Source of the DNA: Catajapyx aquilonaris
Taxonomy: Eukaryota
DNA length: 64,000 nucleotides
Reading direction: 5' to 3'
Assembly: GCA_000934665.2 (NCBI GenBank)
Contig: KZ538176.1
Coordinates: 62,001 to 126,000 of the forward strand
The notes under the pieces are model-generated. The model saw nothing but the letters and a program-made list of their open reading frames with translations. It made no database searches and was not told where the DNA came from. The position numbers and the translations under genes were made by a program. This document shows positions 13,507 through 27,052 of this stretch, piece by piece (within the stretch, counting starts at the first letter, position 1; each line of letters begins with the position of its first letter).

Positions 13507-13830
13507 ACCCAAGTAGGTAGGTGTAGTGGTTAACCCTGGAACCGTGCCGGGGGGTCTTTTCGAACCCCAAAGGAATTAAAATGCATTAAAATTACAAGTA
13601 CAATGAACTGTTTGCCATTTTTTTAAAGTATATAACAGGAAGTGCAGGTTTATTTTGAATTAGCGATCATTTTAGGCAATGTTCAAAGAATGATTGTATA
13701 TAGTCAATACATTGAAAAGTATTATATAAAAATTAATCAAAATTAAAATAAGGCGCATGGCACGGTTCCAGGGTTAAGGAGTCCGACTGCTAATCGGAAG
13801 GTACTGGGTTCGGTACCTGGGGCCGGCGAT
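13507..13830 (+). mobile_element. tRNA-Ser-derived SINE head interrupted by a MITE
   Basis: Removing 13534-13773 plus one TTAA gives GTAGGTGTAGTGGTTAAGGAGTCCGACTGCTAATCGGAAGGTACTGGGTTCGGTACC, with A box, anticodon arm and B box. Confidence 0.7.
13534..13773. mobile_element. piggyBac-like MITE (240 bp)
   Basis: TTAA TSD at 13530-13533 and 13774-13777; 15-bp perfect TIR CCCTGGAACCGTGCC; AT-rich interior. Confidence 0.88.
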
Positions 13831-14234
13831 CAGAGGATGAATATCATTGACCTATTTCAGAAATTTCAAATGTCAGTTCAAAACCTCCTTTTTGTAGTGG
13901 GAAAAGAAACCTATTTCCATCAGTCAGCTACCTTCAAATTTCATTAGGCTCTAGGTCAATATGTAAAAAAAGACTGGTTTTGTTCATATCGACCAAAAAT
14001 GACAGTAAGTAAGCTTATGTTAATGACATGGTCAAGGTAACCAATTTTCAGCTACACAACTCAAAACTTTAAAAAGTGGCATTTTCTCATAATGAGGTTC
14101 TGTGAAGATAGCCACTTTTCACAGCAATCTCCATGCTTGTCCACCTTTTGGTACAGTTTTATATCATTGTGCTCTATGAATGACCCATGATATTTTATGA
14201 TCAATACGTTTTTTGCAGAATATCCTGAAATAAA

Positions 14235-14862
14235 ATGGTTCGAAAACGTTACTGCTGTGACTACTGCGACAGGTCCTTCCCCGACAGTAAGGAGGGCCGA
14301 CAGAAGCATATGAGAGGTGTCCTGCATCAGAGAGTTAGGAAGCAACACTATGATGCATTTCGAGGTATGTAATATTGTGATATCTGGTGCACAAGTCAAG
14401 CCAGGTACTGCCACCCTTACTAGTTTTTGAGTTACGGCCTTCTCACTAAGGACGGCAGAATAGTAATTTCAAATCCACCTCCTCTCAGATCCCCAGACTG
14501 CATACGAGGAAGAAATGGCCAAACGCCCCTGCCACCGTTTCTTTCGAGGAGAAGGCTGTGTGTTTGGAGCCAACTGCAAGTACTCCCATCTCTCAGAAGA
14601 CGATATTGCCCAACTCCAGGCCCAGATACAGCACTCCAAACCCCAGCAGCCATCGTTGCCATCACAGATGACCTCAGGGGACGAACCATCTTTGGAAACG
14701 TGGTTGAAAGCTCACCGGAAAGTTCAACAAGATGACCCTGGCCAAGTTGAAGTTGAGTGGAACTTACCTCCAGCACTGAAACACTGGCCCAATCTGCCGC
14801 CTTCGCTAAGGCCCCCTCGCTTGGAAGACTTTGCAAATGTCGAGTTTACGGAATGGGGCTGA
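14235..14862 (+). CDS. ZMAT5: Zinc finger matrin-type protein 5 / U11-U12 snRNP 20K (167 aa; exons 14235-14364, 14489-14862)
   Basis: U1C-type finger MVRKRYCCDYCDRSF...KHMRGVLH, CCCH finger KRPCHRFFRGEGCVFGANCKYSH, and C-terminal LPPSLRPP...EWG. Confidence 0.92.
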
Positions 14863-16176
14863 TTTCATAAATCCAGTTGCCACTATGGAATGCAAGGACT
14901 TGTTCTCTTTTTTTTGTTTGTCTCTCTTTAAATACATGCGTGGTGTTTTACATTATAACTATGCGCATTTAACCACAGGCCTTAGTGTTTTCCTCACTGA
15001 TTCAAGGAAAGTTTAAGGTCCATTTTTTGGTGCAAATATAAACTTTTTTTTTAACCATTGAGATGAACCATTTTTCGACAGCTCTCTTTTTTGGCACAGT
15101 CACTGTACAGCAGCACACAACAGTTTGGGGCGGAGGCTGTGGGGAAATGCCACATGGCAAAGAAAAAATTTCAGACCAAGGGAGGACATGCATCCTTGGA
15201 AGTACTGTGCACGCTTTTCCTGACAAGATACTGCAAAGATGTAAAATAATTTACTTGTAGTGTAAGTACCTGCCTTAGGAATGTTTTTTTTTTTTCTTCC
15301 CTGCAATACCATACTGCCCTCTCCAAACATGATTAGAATCAGTGGCTGTCCACATCCTGCATTGCAGCAGTGCCTCTTGCAAGCGACAAACCTCGTACAA
15401 AACTTGCTAGGCTATTCTACATGATGCACCAACTCCACTGGCCAGGCACTGGCTCTACAATCTTCCTGCCGCAATATAAAACATGTCACAATTCTAAAGC
15501 AAGCTTTTAAAAATTACTGTTTCCTAACACTGATTTCTACAATAATTTTAAAATGCACATTTGTTCAGACTAAAATTTTAACGACAAGTTTTAAGAGACT
15601 GTTTTGGAATGCTAGCACATTGACATTACCATATAAAAGCATCCATCATTGTCTTGCACTCAATGTCTACGTTCAAATTATCACATTCGTCTGGTGAACT
15701 CCTCAGACGCATATTGGAAGACTGCAGAACAGTGTTTGTAATCAATCCTCAGTTATACACAATAAGGCAAACACCACTGGAGAATCCTCATGACAATCTG
15801 CTGCCTGATGTGCAAGAGAAAGTGCTGAATGCAGGATGAGAACAGCTTCTCGCTACCAAAAATGAACAATCTGCACCTCAACTCATTTCATATACCACAC
15901 AATTTCAAAATCTAGTGCATATTTTTAAACCATCCCTTAGGGTGGGACATAACTCAGTGAAACTCTCACTTATGAATGCTACAGACACACAAGCGCACAC
16001 GCACACACACACTCTTTCTCTCGCTTTCAGTCTCGGTGCTTCAAAAACACTGGTGTGTAAGTGTGGGGATACTCCACTAGACCAAAGAAAACGACTTGCC
16101 CTTTTTAAAAGGGCCTGAACTCGTGTCCTCATGACTTCCAAAAGCTGCACCAAAAAAAATTGTATATTACAACTGT

Positions 16177-19100
16177 TCAACTGCCCCTGACAGTGGGGGG
16201 AGCATTCTGTTGCTGCACTTCATTCTTGGAGTAGCTGAGCACTTCCTGTGCAGCCATCTTCCACTTGGTCTCTGTCTCCTGTATGAGCTTAGTGTTCTGT
16301 GCCACCAATGAGTCAGGGTCGCCATATTTAGGTGGATTTTCATATGGGTTGTACCCCAGCTTGGAGAGCATGGGGGCCAGCTGTGCCATGTCCCGAGCCA
16401 CATCCTCCGGCATGAATTCCACCCACTTGGTCAGAGCCTCCAGGTTCACAGGCTTTACCACTTGGTCTGATGATCGCTCCAACCTGAAATGCAACCATAT
16501 ATATTATTACAAATTGTGGAAATGAAGAAAGCTCAGCACTTCTAGTCAGATGCAGGCTGCATGGATGAATAACAAAGGATTTGATCCTTACAAAGCTATG
16601 CAAATGACAAAGCAATCACAATAATAATGATGATAGTGGTTCACTTTAGAGAAAAGTACATGCTATTGATTTTCAACCTGTAGTCAGCACTCTGGGAAAC
16701 CCATAAGCAGCCCACAATTTCAGTTCGTTATTGCATGAATAGAAGTGACAGTGCAAAGCCTCCCTTGCTTGACATGCTTTGCATTATTGGCTTGTGTTAT
16801 TGTTGAATTTTTAAACTCCTGCAATGGTCTTAAATGCCATGTATAATATCCTTGTCACAGTGCAGTATACTGCAGGTTGTTAATACAAAATGCCTTGAGC
16901 AAGCACTTTACTAAATTGCAGTGCACAGGGAAGGTGCAGTTGCCGAGCTGGTAACGGCTCGGCTTGCTGATCGAAAGGTCCTGGGTTCGATCCCCGCCCG
17001 GGATTTCCCTTTCGGCTGCATCAGGAGGGTCTCTGACCTGCACCTTGGAGGTGTCTGGCAACCTATAACCTCCTGGGGGACTGCACATGACCCAGTTTAT
17101 GACATTGCACTGCGCCAGAGCCCCCTCCCCAAAAATCACCATCCCTACCCCATATCCTTTCATCCTTGCACAGAGTTGAAGAAAATCAAGAAAATGGAAA
17201 ATATGGTGGTGCTCCCCTCCCTTAATAGAGCGATGATCTTGCAATGGGGTAAAATACAAAAAAAAAATCCAGCGCACCAACTATGAAAATATACAGACTA
17301 CTGTCCTTTAGCAATAGGATTAGCAAAAACTGCAGTGTTAATTGCACTTGCAGTGGTGGAAAATAAATAGCTGATGGTTTTAATACAACATATCTGTCTG
17401 GTTCTGAAATTTTGAGACATCTGAATAACTTCAAGACCTATTAACATTCACTCCTTGGCAAAGCAACAGAACCTGACAATCTTGCACCCGAAACTGTATA
17501 AATGATAATAGATGAGTCCAGTGAATAGGAGGCACATCCTAAATTATTTGCCTGCATGATATGATTACCCTTAACTGGTCATCAAAATGTCTACCTCCAC
17601 ACGAATTTCATACACACTTCATGATTTACCACATTCAGCATCACTACATCCTTACATGAAGTTTAAAATTTTGATATTACAAGGGAAAGTTAATGATGTT
17701 TATGCAGAGTTGATAATGCATGTCCCTCCATGCAATGATGAGGTACATATTTTGCACAAACTGTACAATAGCAGAGCGTTGGCTTCGAGCCTCAAAACAA
17801 TTGCCTGCCCTCAGGGAAAGCTCCAGGCACTATGACTGCAGTGATGTATACTGGGCACAGTGCACACCCAACGGAAACAAGCCCACTTAGCTGATTAGCT
17901 TTTGGAGTATACATTTTATCACCCTGCACAATATTTTGAAATCAACACACCCCCACAGGTAATGTACAGTGTTCCAGATTTTTACTCATTGGCAAACAAA
18001 TATATGCATTTTTTCACCCTTCATCGCACAGTTTTTATTCCTCTTTTTAAAAAAGTACTGCTTTATAATCTCGTTAGAATTCTCACTTCATGCAAGGAGT
18101 TAGCAATCCTTAGACTACTTCATAAGTATCGGTAACTATCCTGTAGTGGCAGAGCAATCTATAACTATCGCTGATACACAATGCGTATCAAATGAGATGC
18201 CCAACTCACTTGGAAAGTGAAACTCCACCAGGCTTGTTGATCATCTCCTCATGATGCAAGACAGTCTCATTCCAGGGTAAATCTAGGAATTCCAGCACTC
18301 TCTCCATGGTAGACCTTGGATGAAGAACCAGTTGCTCGTAGTAGACCATCAAGCACCTGTCTGTACCTACTTCGCTGCACTGGTTGTACATGTTCTGCAC
18401 TGCAGAATTCCACTTGGTCAAGCACTGGCGGTAACTGGTCAGGTCAAACCCTGTTATAGTCACCTGGAATTTTAAAGCACATGAATAGGAATGATCATTA
18501 CTCAATGCATGACAAGCTACTGTAGCATACATTAGCATACAATTGCAATTGCAATTTAGAAGTATGATTATATCATGGGCACAGTTACCTTCCTGCTGAT
18601 GATGGAATGCACTGTGGCCCGTCCATCCCTCACCATGAAAATGTACTTGGATGTCGGGAACATGTACGAGAGGTAGAGGGCGGACCTGAGGGTGAAGGGG
18701 TCCTTGTTGCACAGTCTGGGAGCAGGCTCCCCATGCTTAGCCACCACTTCCAAAATGAAGGAGGCCACAGCGGAATCCAGCACTTCCTTGGTCAGGCCAG
18801 CCTCCTTCAGCCTCAAGCTCTCTTTCTGAGAGTTCATCCACTGAGCTCGCATTTGCAGTAACCTGGGAATCACACGAGTCTCCTCACCACACCTGCAACA
18901 TGTGTAAGAGGCAGATCAGAAATCAAGCAATAACATCGCAGTAAAAACCATGGTCAGTAAAATGGCGTCAAAACTTTCATTCCCATATGGGTAAAATAAT
19001 GTTAACACTTGTTTCAGCTTGCTCCTGTCAACTCATCCTTAAGCATGGTAATGTGTTAATCAACATTATTGGAAAGCCCATTTAACAAACTTTAGGTGAG

Positions 19101-22100
19101 TTCACAGAAGTTTGCAAAATTTTCACCGACACTGGAATAAATTATAAAACACACAGTATATCCAACAAAAAAATTTATGAATCCCTTTCCATATATTAAT
19201 CTACTATCGTCAAGCACTTATCAACACATCCCCTTGGGGTGGGGTAGTATTTCAACTTTTCTAAGCCGACAAAAGACACTTACTATTTTTATCCTGCCAT
19301 AATCACTCACCACTTTCAATCTCTCCACGAGGTGTACCCTTATGGTTTAAAAACCAACAGAGATAAGGCATAATTTTACTTAGTAAAGTCACGCAACTGA
19401 TTACTTAATCCATCCATCCCTGGATTATAGGGTTTGTTCATAAGTCATCACTGGCTCACCTCCAGGTGAGCCAGTGATGACTTATGAACAAACCCTATAA
19501 TGACCCTCAGGCTTTATAACCCTGGATAGCAATCTGCTCTGCAATTCCCCTTGATTGCAATACTACAGTATCTAAGGACAACAATCCAGGTGAGTACTTC
19601 CTAAGGCCTTTAATAAAGCAGGCTGGAGAAAGTAAAACAACCGACTGCTTCTCCACGAAGCCTCTCTCTTACTTCCAGCTTTACGCCATGAATTTGGATC
19701 TAGGTGAAGTGCTTTGGCGTGGAAGAAATAAAAGCAGTCAATAGCTTTTGAAGTTTCTCGAACACCCTCTCTCCAGTATCCTTGATGTATTCGCCATGCA
19801 TGCAGGGCGGAAGAGACTAACAGGGTGGCACTTACACTCCTAATGGATGGATTAAGCCTTCATTTAGCCTCTAATCCATGTGTGTCCGTCATTACTGAGT
19901 TCTATACCCCCCATATGCAGTAGGGTTCCAGAAAATTAATGGAAGAACCCATTTTTTTTTGACAGAACCTCGTTCATCATACTTAGGCACATACTCTCAC
20001 AGGCAGTTTGAACACAATATTTTCTTTATGACTGACGAATTAATTTACACTTCTGCACTTTCTGATTAGTCCAACTTGCCAACATGTCCAGGTGTCGCGA
20101 TTCTCAGACTGTGATGTGCCAATTACGACAGAGCGGTCGATTAACACCGCTGTCATAGAGACCTCACTTAATACATCTCAGACATGAATTGCACATGCAC
20201 ACCTCGTGCTCTTAACCCAGAAAAAATATATATATCCACGGCCACGACCCAAGTAACGTGCAAGCAAATCGATGGCAAGCGATCAACACATGAATTGTAC
20301 CTGACATCTGGATGGGCGTCCAGCATGGAACGCATTAGGGTCGTTCCGGATCGCGGAACTCCGCCGATAAAAATTATAGGCATGGACCGATCATACACGT
20401 AGGTCTTCTGGTCCGATCCCGTCATCGCAACCTGCCAAAGAAAGGTACAAATTAGTTTTTTAAAAAACCCTTGAAAATGCTCTGAAAAACATACATTTCA
20501 TTAAAATATTAAGGGGTAAATTCAACATTGCAAAGGACGCAAAGGCGCCATCCAGGAAGCGCCACAGTCGATCGACCGTATTCACCCGTCCGCGACTCTT
20601 CTTATTCTGTCCAGTTTTAATGAGCCTGCACCAGCCGGAACTTCAGTTATGCTTATATCTACACGATCGTACGTGACAGAAGAATCCCATACATCACATC
20701 CGTACGTGTTTGCACAGTTTAACTCTTCCTCGATATTCTTTGCCCATCCTCTGCACCCAGGCACGAAACCACGTCTTTTGGAATATTTCCGGACTAGTTA
20801 TTATTATCATATAATGTACGTCCAGTAATCGGATCCGAGCACGTCCAGTACAGTGGACGCCCATGAGAAACGGGACGCAAAAAAACCCACCCTAAAAGCC
20901 CCAGCCCCTGTCTGCGTCGTAAAATCTCCCTCGAACGACCGCCATATAGGCCGGGTTTAGTGCCTGCATACAAAACCGCAAGAGCTGCGATGCAATTTCG
21001 CCAAGCACGCAATACTGTATACAAGGATGAGAAGAAAGTAAACGGTCCCAAAATCGACCGCTTTTAATCGATGGCTTCCCATTAATCTCGGAAGATCGTC
21101 CTTGGAGGGCATCTCCATGAGGACAAGATGTACCACTATGTCCAAACTCAATATTTCATGATTTCCTCTCCACTTTGCTTAAGACATTGCAGTACATTGG
21201 AGCATGTAAGGTCCCCTATCTGATTACAAAGGAAAATACGAGACATGCTGGAATTTCTAGGGGCTTGTGCCCGTAACTCGTACTCCGTATTTTCATTCCT
21301 AACTGAATCTGGAGCCTAATTTTGGAATCCGATTCCAGCTTGATGAGATGGCTCAGGGGTCGTTTCCACCTTCTCCCAACGCTAATTAGCCCTTCGCTAA
21401 TGAAGAAACAGCGGCTCTTTCACGTAAAGGTCTTCCACAAGAATAAATCCCCCTACTTTTTCCAACCTAACCTACGTATATGCAAACGGAAATTCTCCTA
21501 GTGTAAAATCAGACGAACTCTAATTAACAGCACCGGAATTGTGGACTTGATTATCCAGCACACCGTTGCAGGAAAAAAAAAAGTTCCAAAATTTTATCTC
21601 CTTGCATTTTTTAAAGAAATTTACAGAAAATTTTGTCATATTACTACAGGTCTTCCCTATATATATGAACATCAGGCTGCAAATTCTGTCTACTTCCACA
21701 AAATCCCCCCCAGGTTCCCTTCATGGCTTCTGGTCAACCAGCTTGTCGAAATCCCACGCACCGGAATGGGTCGTGTAATTACAGAAGCAGAGTTATGAAT
21801 ACACCTCGCCCCAGTGAAATCAGCTTTAATTACTGCAGCACTTTGCCAGCCGGTAATAATCCAAGTCCTCCCCTGACGCAGACAAGTCAATTCAGACGCC
21901 GTTTCGAATACGATTACACTTCAGAACCCGTTTTGCCCTTGGGTCCAACTGTGTGTCAAAATCGCTACAAAATATGACCAGATAATTTCAAAATGACAAG
22001 TTTCCCTGGGTACACAAATCAAAATAATTTAATTTAAAGGGACACTCCACTCAAAATGCAAGTTGGGCTCTAAAAACCGGGCAAAAAATCCTGATTCCGA

Positions 22101-24371
22101 AGGTGCAATCGGTTTTTTTCTACGCTGAACAGAAAAGCCAGGACGAGGCGTTAACGACTCAGAATTTGCGTCGTCTGCTAATGAGCTGCCCCGCCAGTCC
22201 AGTCCGCCACCGCCGTGAGCGCCGCCACCGGGCAACAGGCGAAAGTGATTTAGGACTGAAAGTCGGGTCGGGTCAAGAGGTGGCGGGATGAACCTGTGGG
22301 AGGGACCAAAGATGGCGTAGATCAAGATGGCGCAAGATTATCCCAATTTCTGCCCAGTCCCGGGGGAGGCGCTGCTGTTTTGCGGCAGATGCGTATTGCC
22401 TAACTTTGACGGCTCGCCCTGGCCTTACCGTTCGTCTCTCAGAAAAACTGCTTATACACTCGGAATCAGGATTTTTTGCCCGATTTTTAGAGCCCAACTT
22501 GCATTTTGAGTGGAGTGTCCCTTTAAGGTCTAGCTCTCAGGGTCGTGGTCCAATAATACACAGGTTCGGGACCAGCCTGCAGCCAGGCCGTTTCACAACT
22601 CCTCTACAAAACCACACCCAGCGGACACCACTGCTATCTAGTGAGGAGTCTCACAATATTTTCTTTCCAAAAAAAATAAAAGATGACTAGGTAGGCCCTA
22701 TACTCCGGTATTGCGTGCCATGTATCAGTATTACTCATGTGGTATGGGCCCAACCATTTATTCAGGGCCATTCGGACATGCCACGACAATCTGACCATCA
22801 AACAAAGCGTAGGAGTCCCCTTCCTGGTCTACTAAATTAATGGGCGTTAGTAATAATTGACGGCTTCAATTTTCATGGGGGAAGGTTCCAGAATCGCTCC
22901 TTCAATATTCATGCAACATCCTCACGATTTACGCCCACTCTTTTGTCTCCATTCTCTTGTACGTATCTTTACACACCATCACGCGATCTAATAAACAACC
23001 GACGTGTCCAGGACACCAACTGCAAAACATTGAAAAGCAACAAAAAAAATGCGATGGTTCATCGAAACTATAGACCTTGGAAGTTGATGCGCAATTCACA
23101 ATAGGCTGCTAATGCAACGACTTATACCACTCAGGATAGGCTAGTTGTTCACCGGATATTGTCCAAACCTCTTGGTACCAAGTACTTAATGGAAGACCCC
23201 CTTATACTTAGAAGAAGACAATATCACCTTACTCGACCACTATGTACTCAGCCCTGAAACATATCGATTCCGCGACAACTCCAACGTCAACGACATCCAC
23301 AAAAAAAAAAAAAAAATGACAAGCCTGGACACGCTCAGATCCACCACCACCATATAACGACAAAAAATCCTCATATCTCTTCCACCCCGTTCTTCCCTAG
23401 ATAAAAGCTCCTCAAGATCGATTCCTTTTGATTTATTGAAGCGGACACTCACCCTGGTGGCTTTTCTCCACAAGATCCGACCAGACGCGATGGTAAATTC
23501 CTCCTCACCCTCTCTTCAGCCATTTCAAAAATAACGCTCTCAACAAGAAACAAATCTGCCTAATTTATAACAGAGGCCAAAATTATTTTCAGCCTGAGAA
23601 ACCCTGCTTTTCTGTGTCTTCTCCAGCACTTAAGACGGTCGCTGATTGGAATCGTTCCCACGCCTTCTTGTAATATATTGGTCGTTCTAAGAAAACTGTG
23701 GAAACTTTCCACTCCACTGCCTACGTAAGCTGTTCCTTCTATTTTAATATAAGATTTTACTCAGATAGCCCCCCCCCCCCCCCGCCCCTTTCATTTAGAA
23801 GAGAAGCCAAGCTGATTGAAACCATTAGCCTAGAATAATCCTCAAAGGCAAAGACGTATTATTTTTCTCCAAAAAGTTTCGAAAGCACATTTGCACATTT
23901 CCAGTACTGTTCAGCCTCGAGGCTTCCTCTCAAATGCAGTTACACCGAACAACGCACTGTACAGCCTATAGAGGACTACAGTTTCCGGAATGTAATTTTT
24001 AGCCCATTTTCCCCATGCCCTTCGTCTTCTCGTTTTTCATCGCTCATGTAACGTGGAGGTAATCCAATATTTTCCTGCGAGCTCAAAGCCTGAGTGGGCA
24101 GGCCTCCAGGCCACTTCCGACACTTGAGAGAGAGAAAAAGTTTGAATCTCTTCCGCCAGTTCGGACACCGGAAACCTTTTCCTTCCTGGTGACCACTGCC
24201 TCCAGCCCTTCCTATATAGGTATGACCGGTATGACTTACCTCTTGAGGTACGACGACGGCCCCTCTGCCACCATATTCCTGACATGGCAGTTGCGACCTG
24301 TAGAGAAGGAAGAGGCAGAGGGCCAGTCCACTGGCGAAGAGGGACAGCTTCCGGAAAGAGCGGGACATCAT
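16177..24371 (-). CDS. TPST: Protein-tyrosine sulfotransferase (375 aa; exons 24371-24240, 20431-20301, 18892-18589, 18463-18210, 16483-16177)
   Basis: Type II TM anchor, [24 protein letters not shown] (5'-PSB), [17 protein letters not shown] (3'-PB) and [12 protein letters not shown]. Exons sum to 1128 nt. Confidence 0.96.
16928..17267 (+). mobile_element. tRNA-derived SINE with A-rich tail
   Basis: A box TTGCCGAGCTGG, B box GGTTCGATCCC, an A-run tail near 17258-17267, and a degenerate TSD (aaattgcagtgcac / aaatccagcgcac). Confidence 0.72.
19424..19501. repeat. Perfect inverted repeat: 38-bp arms, 2-nt loop
   Basis: ATTATAGGGTTTGTTCATAAGTCATCACTGGCTCACCT-cc-AGGTGAGCCAGTGATGACTTATGAACAAACCCTATAAT. 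Confidence 0.95.
22038..22522. mobile_element. Kolobok-like (TTAA, AGGG-terminal) MITE, 485 bp
   Basis: TTAA TSD at 22034-22037 and 22523-22526; about 63-bp near-perfect TIRs starting AGGGACACTCCACTCAAAATGCAAG; GC-rich interior. Confidence 0.87.
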
Positions 24372-25550
24372 GACGGTCGCGCCCTCTTCCACCGCAGCTA
24401 TGACTCTGAGTTTACCTGCATCATTCTCACACACTCGCCTGGAAAGAGACACAAAATATTGTTTAATTTCATACCAATCAACAGCAGTTGAGACAAAAAA
24501 AATCAGTAGATGGCGCATGCTACTTCATTCCATTTTAATATACATGATTATATTAATAAATTATTATCAGCATGGTGCCACCTCATTTCCTGGCAATACC
24601 GAGCCTAAAAGCCAAGTTTTGCCATTACTAATGCATCGTCTAATTTGCATGTGGCACCTTGGAGGCAGCCCGTTACGTAACACCGCCCCCGTATGTCAAA
24701 TCACACGCCAGAATCCCAACTTTCGCTTGCATTACTACTGCGGAGGCCCACAATTTCATTACCATTCCAGGGAAGCTGCCTCCCGAAAATTTTCGCTTTT
24801 TTTTTTTNNGGGGGGGGGGGGAAGCCCCGCCATTATTTGTGAGTCCCTGCCGCACGGATGGACCTCCATTTTTTATCCACTTCTCTCCGAATAATGGGTG
24901 GTGGCTCGGGGGCTAAAATATCTGGTATTCCCCTCAGTTATAGCTGCATCTCGGCTCGGAATGCCTGGAATTTCCACTTCCCCTTCCGCGCCCAGGAGGG
25001 TTTTCTCCCATTCCCGGCTAGATATTCATTCGAATAGGCACAGATCCGTGTAATTAGCTCGCCACTCCCGCTGCCCATTTTTGCAGCGGACCCTTTTGCA
25101 AGCTAGGCGCGGAATTAGATTTGCACCTGAGTTATGCACCGCCACCTGCTAAAGGCACTAAGAAATTAATCCGGTTACCCAGCTAACCTTTGCTTGAATC
25201 GCTACCGTCCAATGAGCTGTTCAAATTTCATGCTATATGCCAAGAGCTGGTGAATTGGCTCAAAACAGCTAGTCGCTTAAAAGTAACTGCTATGCTATTT
25301 CGCTAGGAACCGCCTTAAGGCGGCTACACACGGGCAGGTTGCATCTTATGGTGTTAGGAACAAGTGTGCAAAGTGGCTTGCTTCTATCATCAAATGCGGT
25401 TTTTTTTTGCGTGCCGCTCCCACTAGTTGGAGTCGGAGTCGGACTCCACCCGCCAATGAGCGCGACAGCTGCCGCCTCGCGCTCATTGGACTGTGGAGAG
25501 ACACCAGCGCCAAACCGGAAACCCCGCTCCCTATGGGTGGGAGCAACTAA

Positions 25551-25789
25551 AGGCCGCTTCACAAACTCGGCGTTGCGAAAGCGTGGCGTGTGGGCCTTAC
25601 GCTCATCGCACGCACAAAGTCCACCCGATTGGACGCCAGCGCAACGCCCGCGCTCGGTCATCGCACGCAGCATTTGTGAATAGCCCTTCGCAAATTTTCC
25701 GCTCTCCGTACGCCCCGCTCGCGCAAATCCGGGTTTGTAAAACGGGCATTTCGCCCCGCTTTCGCAACGCCGAGTTTGTGAAGCGGCCT
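25551..25789. mobile_element. PIF/Harbinger (Tourist-like) MITE, 239 bp
   Basis: TAA TSD on both sides; 33-bp perfect TIR AGGCCGCTTCACAAACTCGGCGTTGCGAAAGCG. Confidence 0.88.
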
Positions 25790-27021
25790 TAAGGCTGCAT
25801 AAGGCTGGGTGTCAGATAGTGTAGAGTACACACTCTTTGCTTACTAAATATACCAAATAGCTCATTGTTGGCCGCCCTTACTATCCAACCAAAATTCATA
25901 GAGTCACGAGCCGTTGTTTACTTCCCCTGCTTTATGATAGCTATAAATTCTACTGTCGTTCTAGCAGAAAAGGGTCTCGATTAATTCCGCAGATTCTTCT
26001 CCTCACGAAAGATGCACGCTTCAACCTACATAAAGTCATATGCTGTTATATAAGCCAAGGTGCTTTGATGCGTTTAACTGGGTCACGATTACCAAGTCAG
26101 AACCCGGCCATAAAATCTTACACAGTCACCAAAAAAAAAAAAAAAAAGTGCCGCATGATTTACATGTCTCTCAGGTTTCACTCCTCCACTTTCCCATCAT
26201 TCTCAAGCCTCATGCTCTAGTAATTCCCACCAAAAAGAAACGTTACTTCAGTTTTAAAAAAATTGTGGATTACGATCCTTCCAAATGAATAGAACTGGCG
26301 AAAGTTGGTAATTTCCCACGCTAATAAGAATATGAAGTTTAGTAAAATGGTAAGTCATATCCAGAGGCTTCATGTATCCATGGGGGTGCCTAGAGATTCC
26401 AAATTGCTCAATTGGCATGAATCCGTGGGCTGTATTTTCCAGGTGACGCCTCTCATCACCGGAAGGCCCATCCATCCAACAGTAGACCTACCTTCTAACC
26501 TGGCCTGAACTTTCCCTTCAGTTTAACCCAATTACCGCCTGTCTTTGGGGAAGGTAAGGTAGTCTTCCAGGTAATTCCCCCGGCAAATCATTGTGAGTGG
26601 GAGGGAAATTGATGGGAGCTTGGGACGCATCTCAACTTGGGAATGCACCAGACGCGCCCTTCTTTCCCTAACTGGCTCCGACAACCCTAGCAGATGCGAC
26701 ATCGTCCCTGGAAATGTCGTGTCGCGAAACCAGCTGCCTAACATACAAATAGAACCCACGATAATTGGGGGGAGACACACCTGGAATTTAAATATAGCCA
26801 AATTATCCATGCAATTTCATGAATTACAGTATAATAATTATTTTTTCAGCACCCTGTGGGTACATAAAAATGTTTGTCAATAATTCCGGGAGTGGCTGAC
26901 AACACTATGGCCTTTTTTTTTTCAGAAGGTGATGCAAAATAATGGGGAGTAGAGTAGCGTTTCGGACTGTTCATTTCGGTTAATGTCGCCCCCTGAATGG
27001 GTTGGTTTCAGGAGTAATTTA

Positions 27022-27052
27022 ATGTAACATGCCGCATGGCGGCATGTTACAT
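27022..27052. repeat. Small perfect hairpin (14-bp stem, 3-nt loop)
   Basis: ATGTAACATGCCGC-atg-GCGGCATGTTACAT. Confidence 0.85.

Noticed and set aside
16928..17010. Possible genuine tRNA genes at the SINE heads (also about 7300-7384 and 13507-13830)
   Set aside because: No convincing acceptor stems by eye, and the first two continue into body, tail and TSD-like sequence; treated as SINEs pending tRNAscan-SE.
24800..24822. N bases within homopolymer runs (also at 29926)
   Set aside because: Sequencing or assembly ambiguity, not biology.
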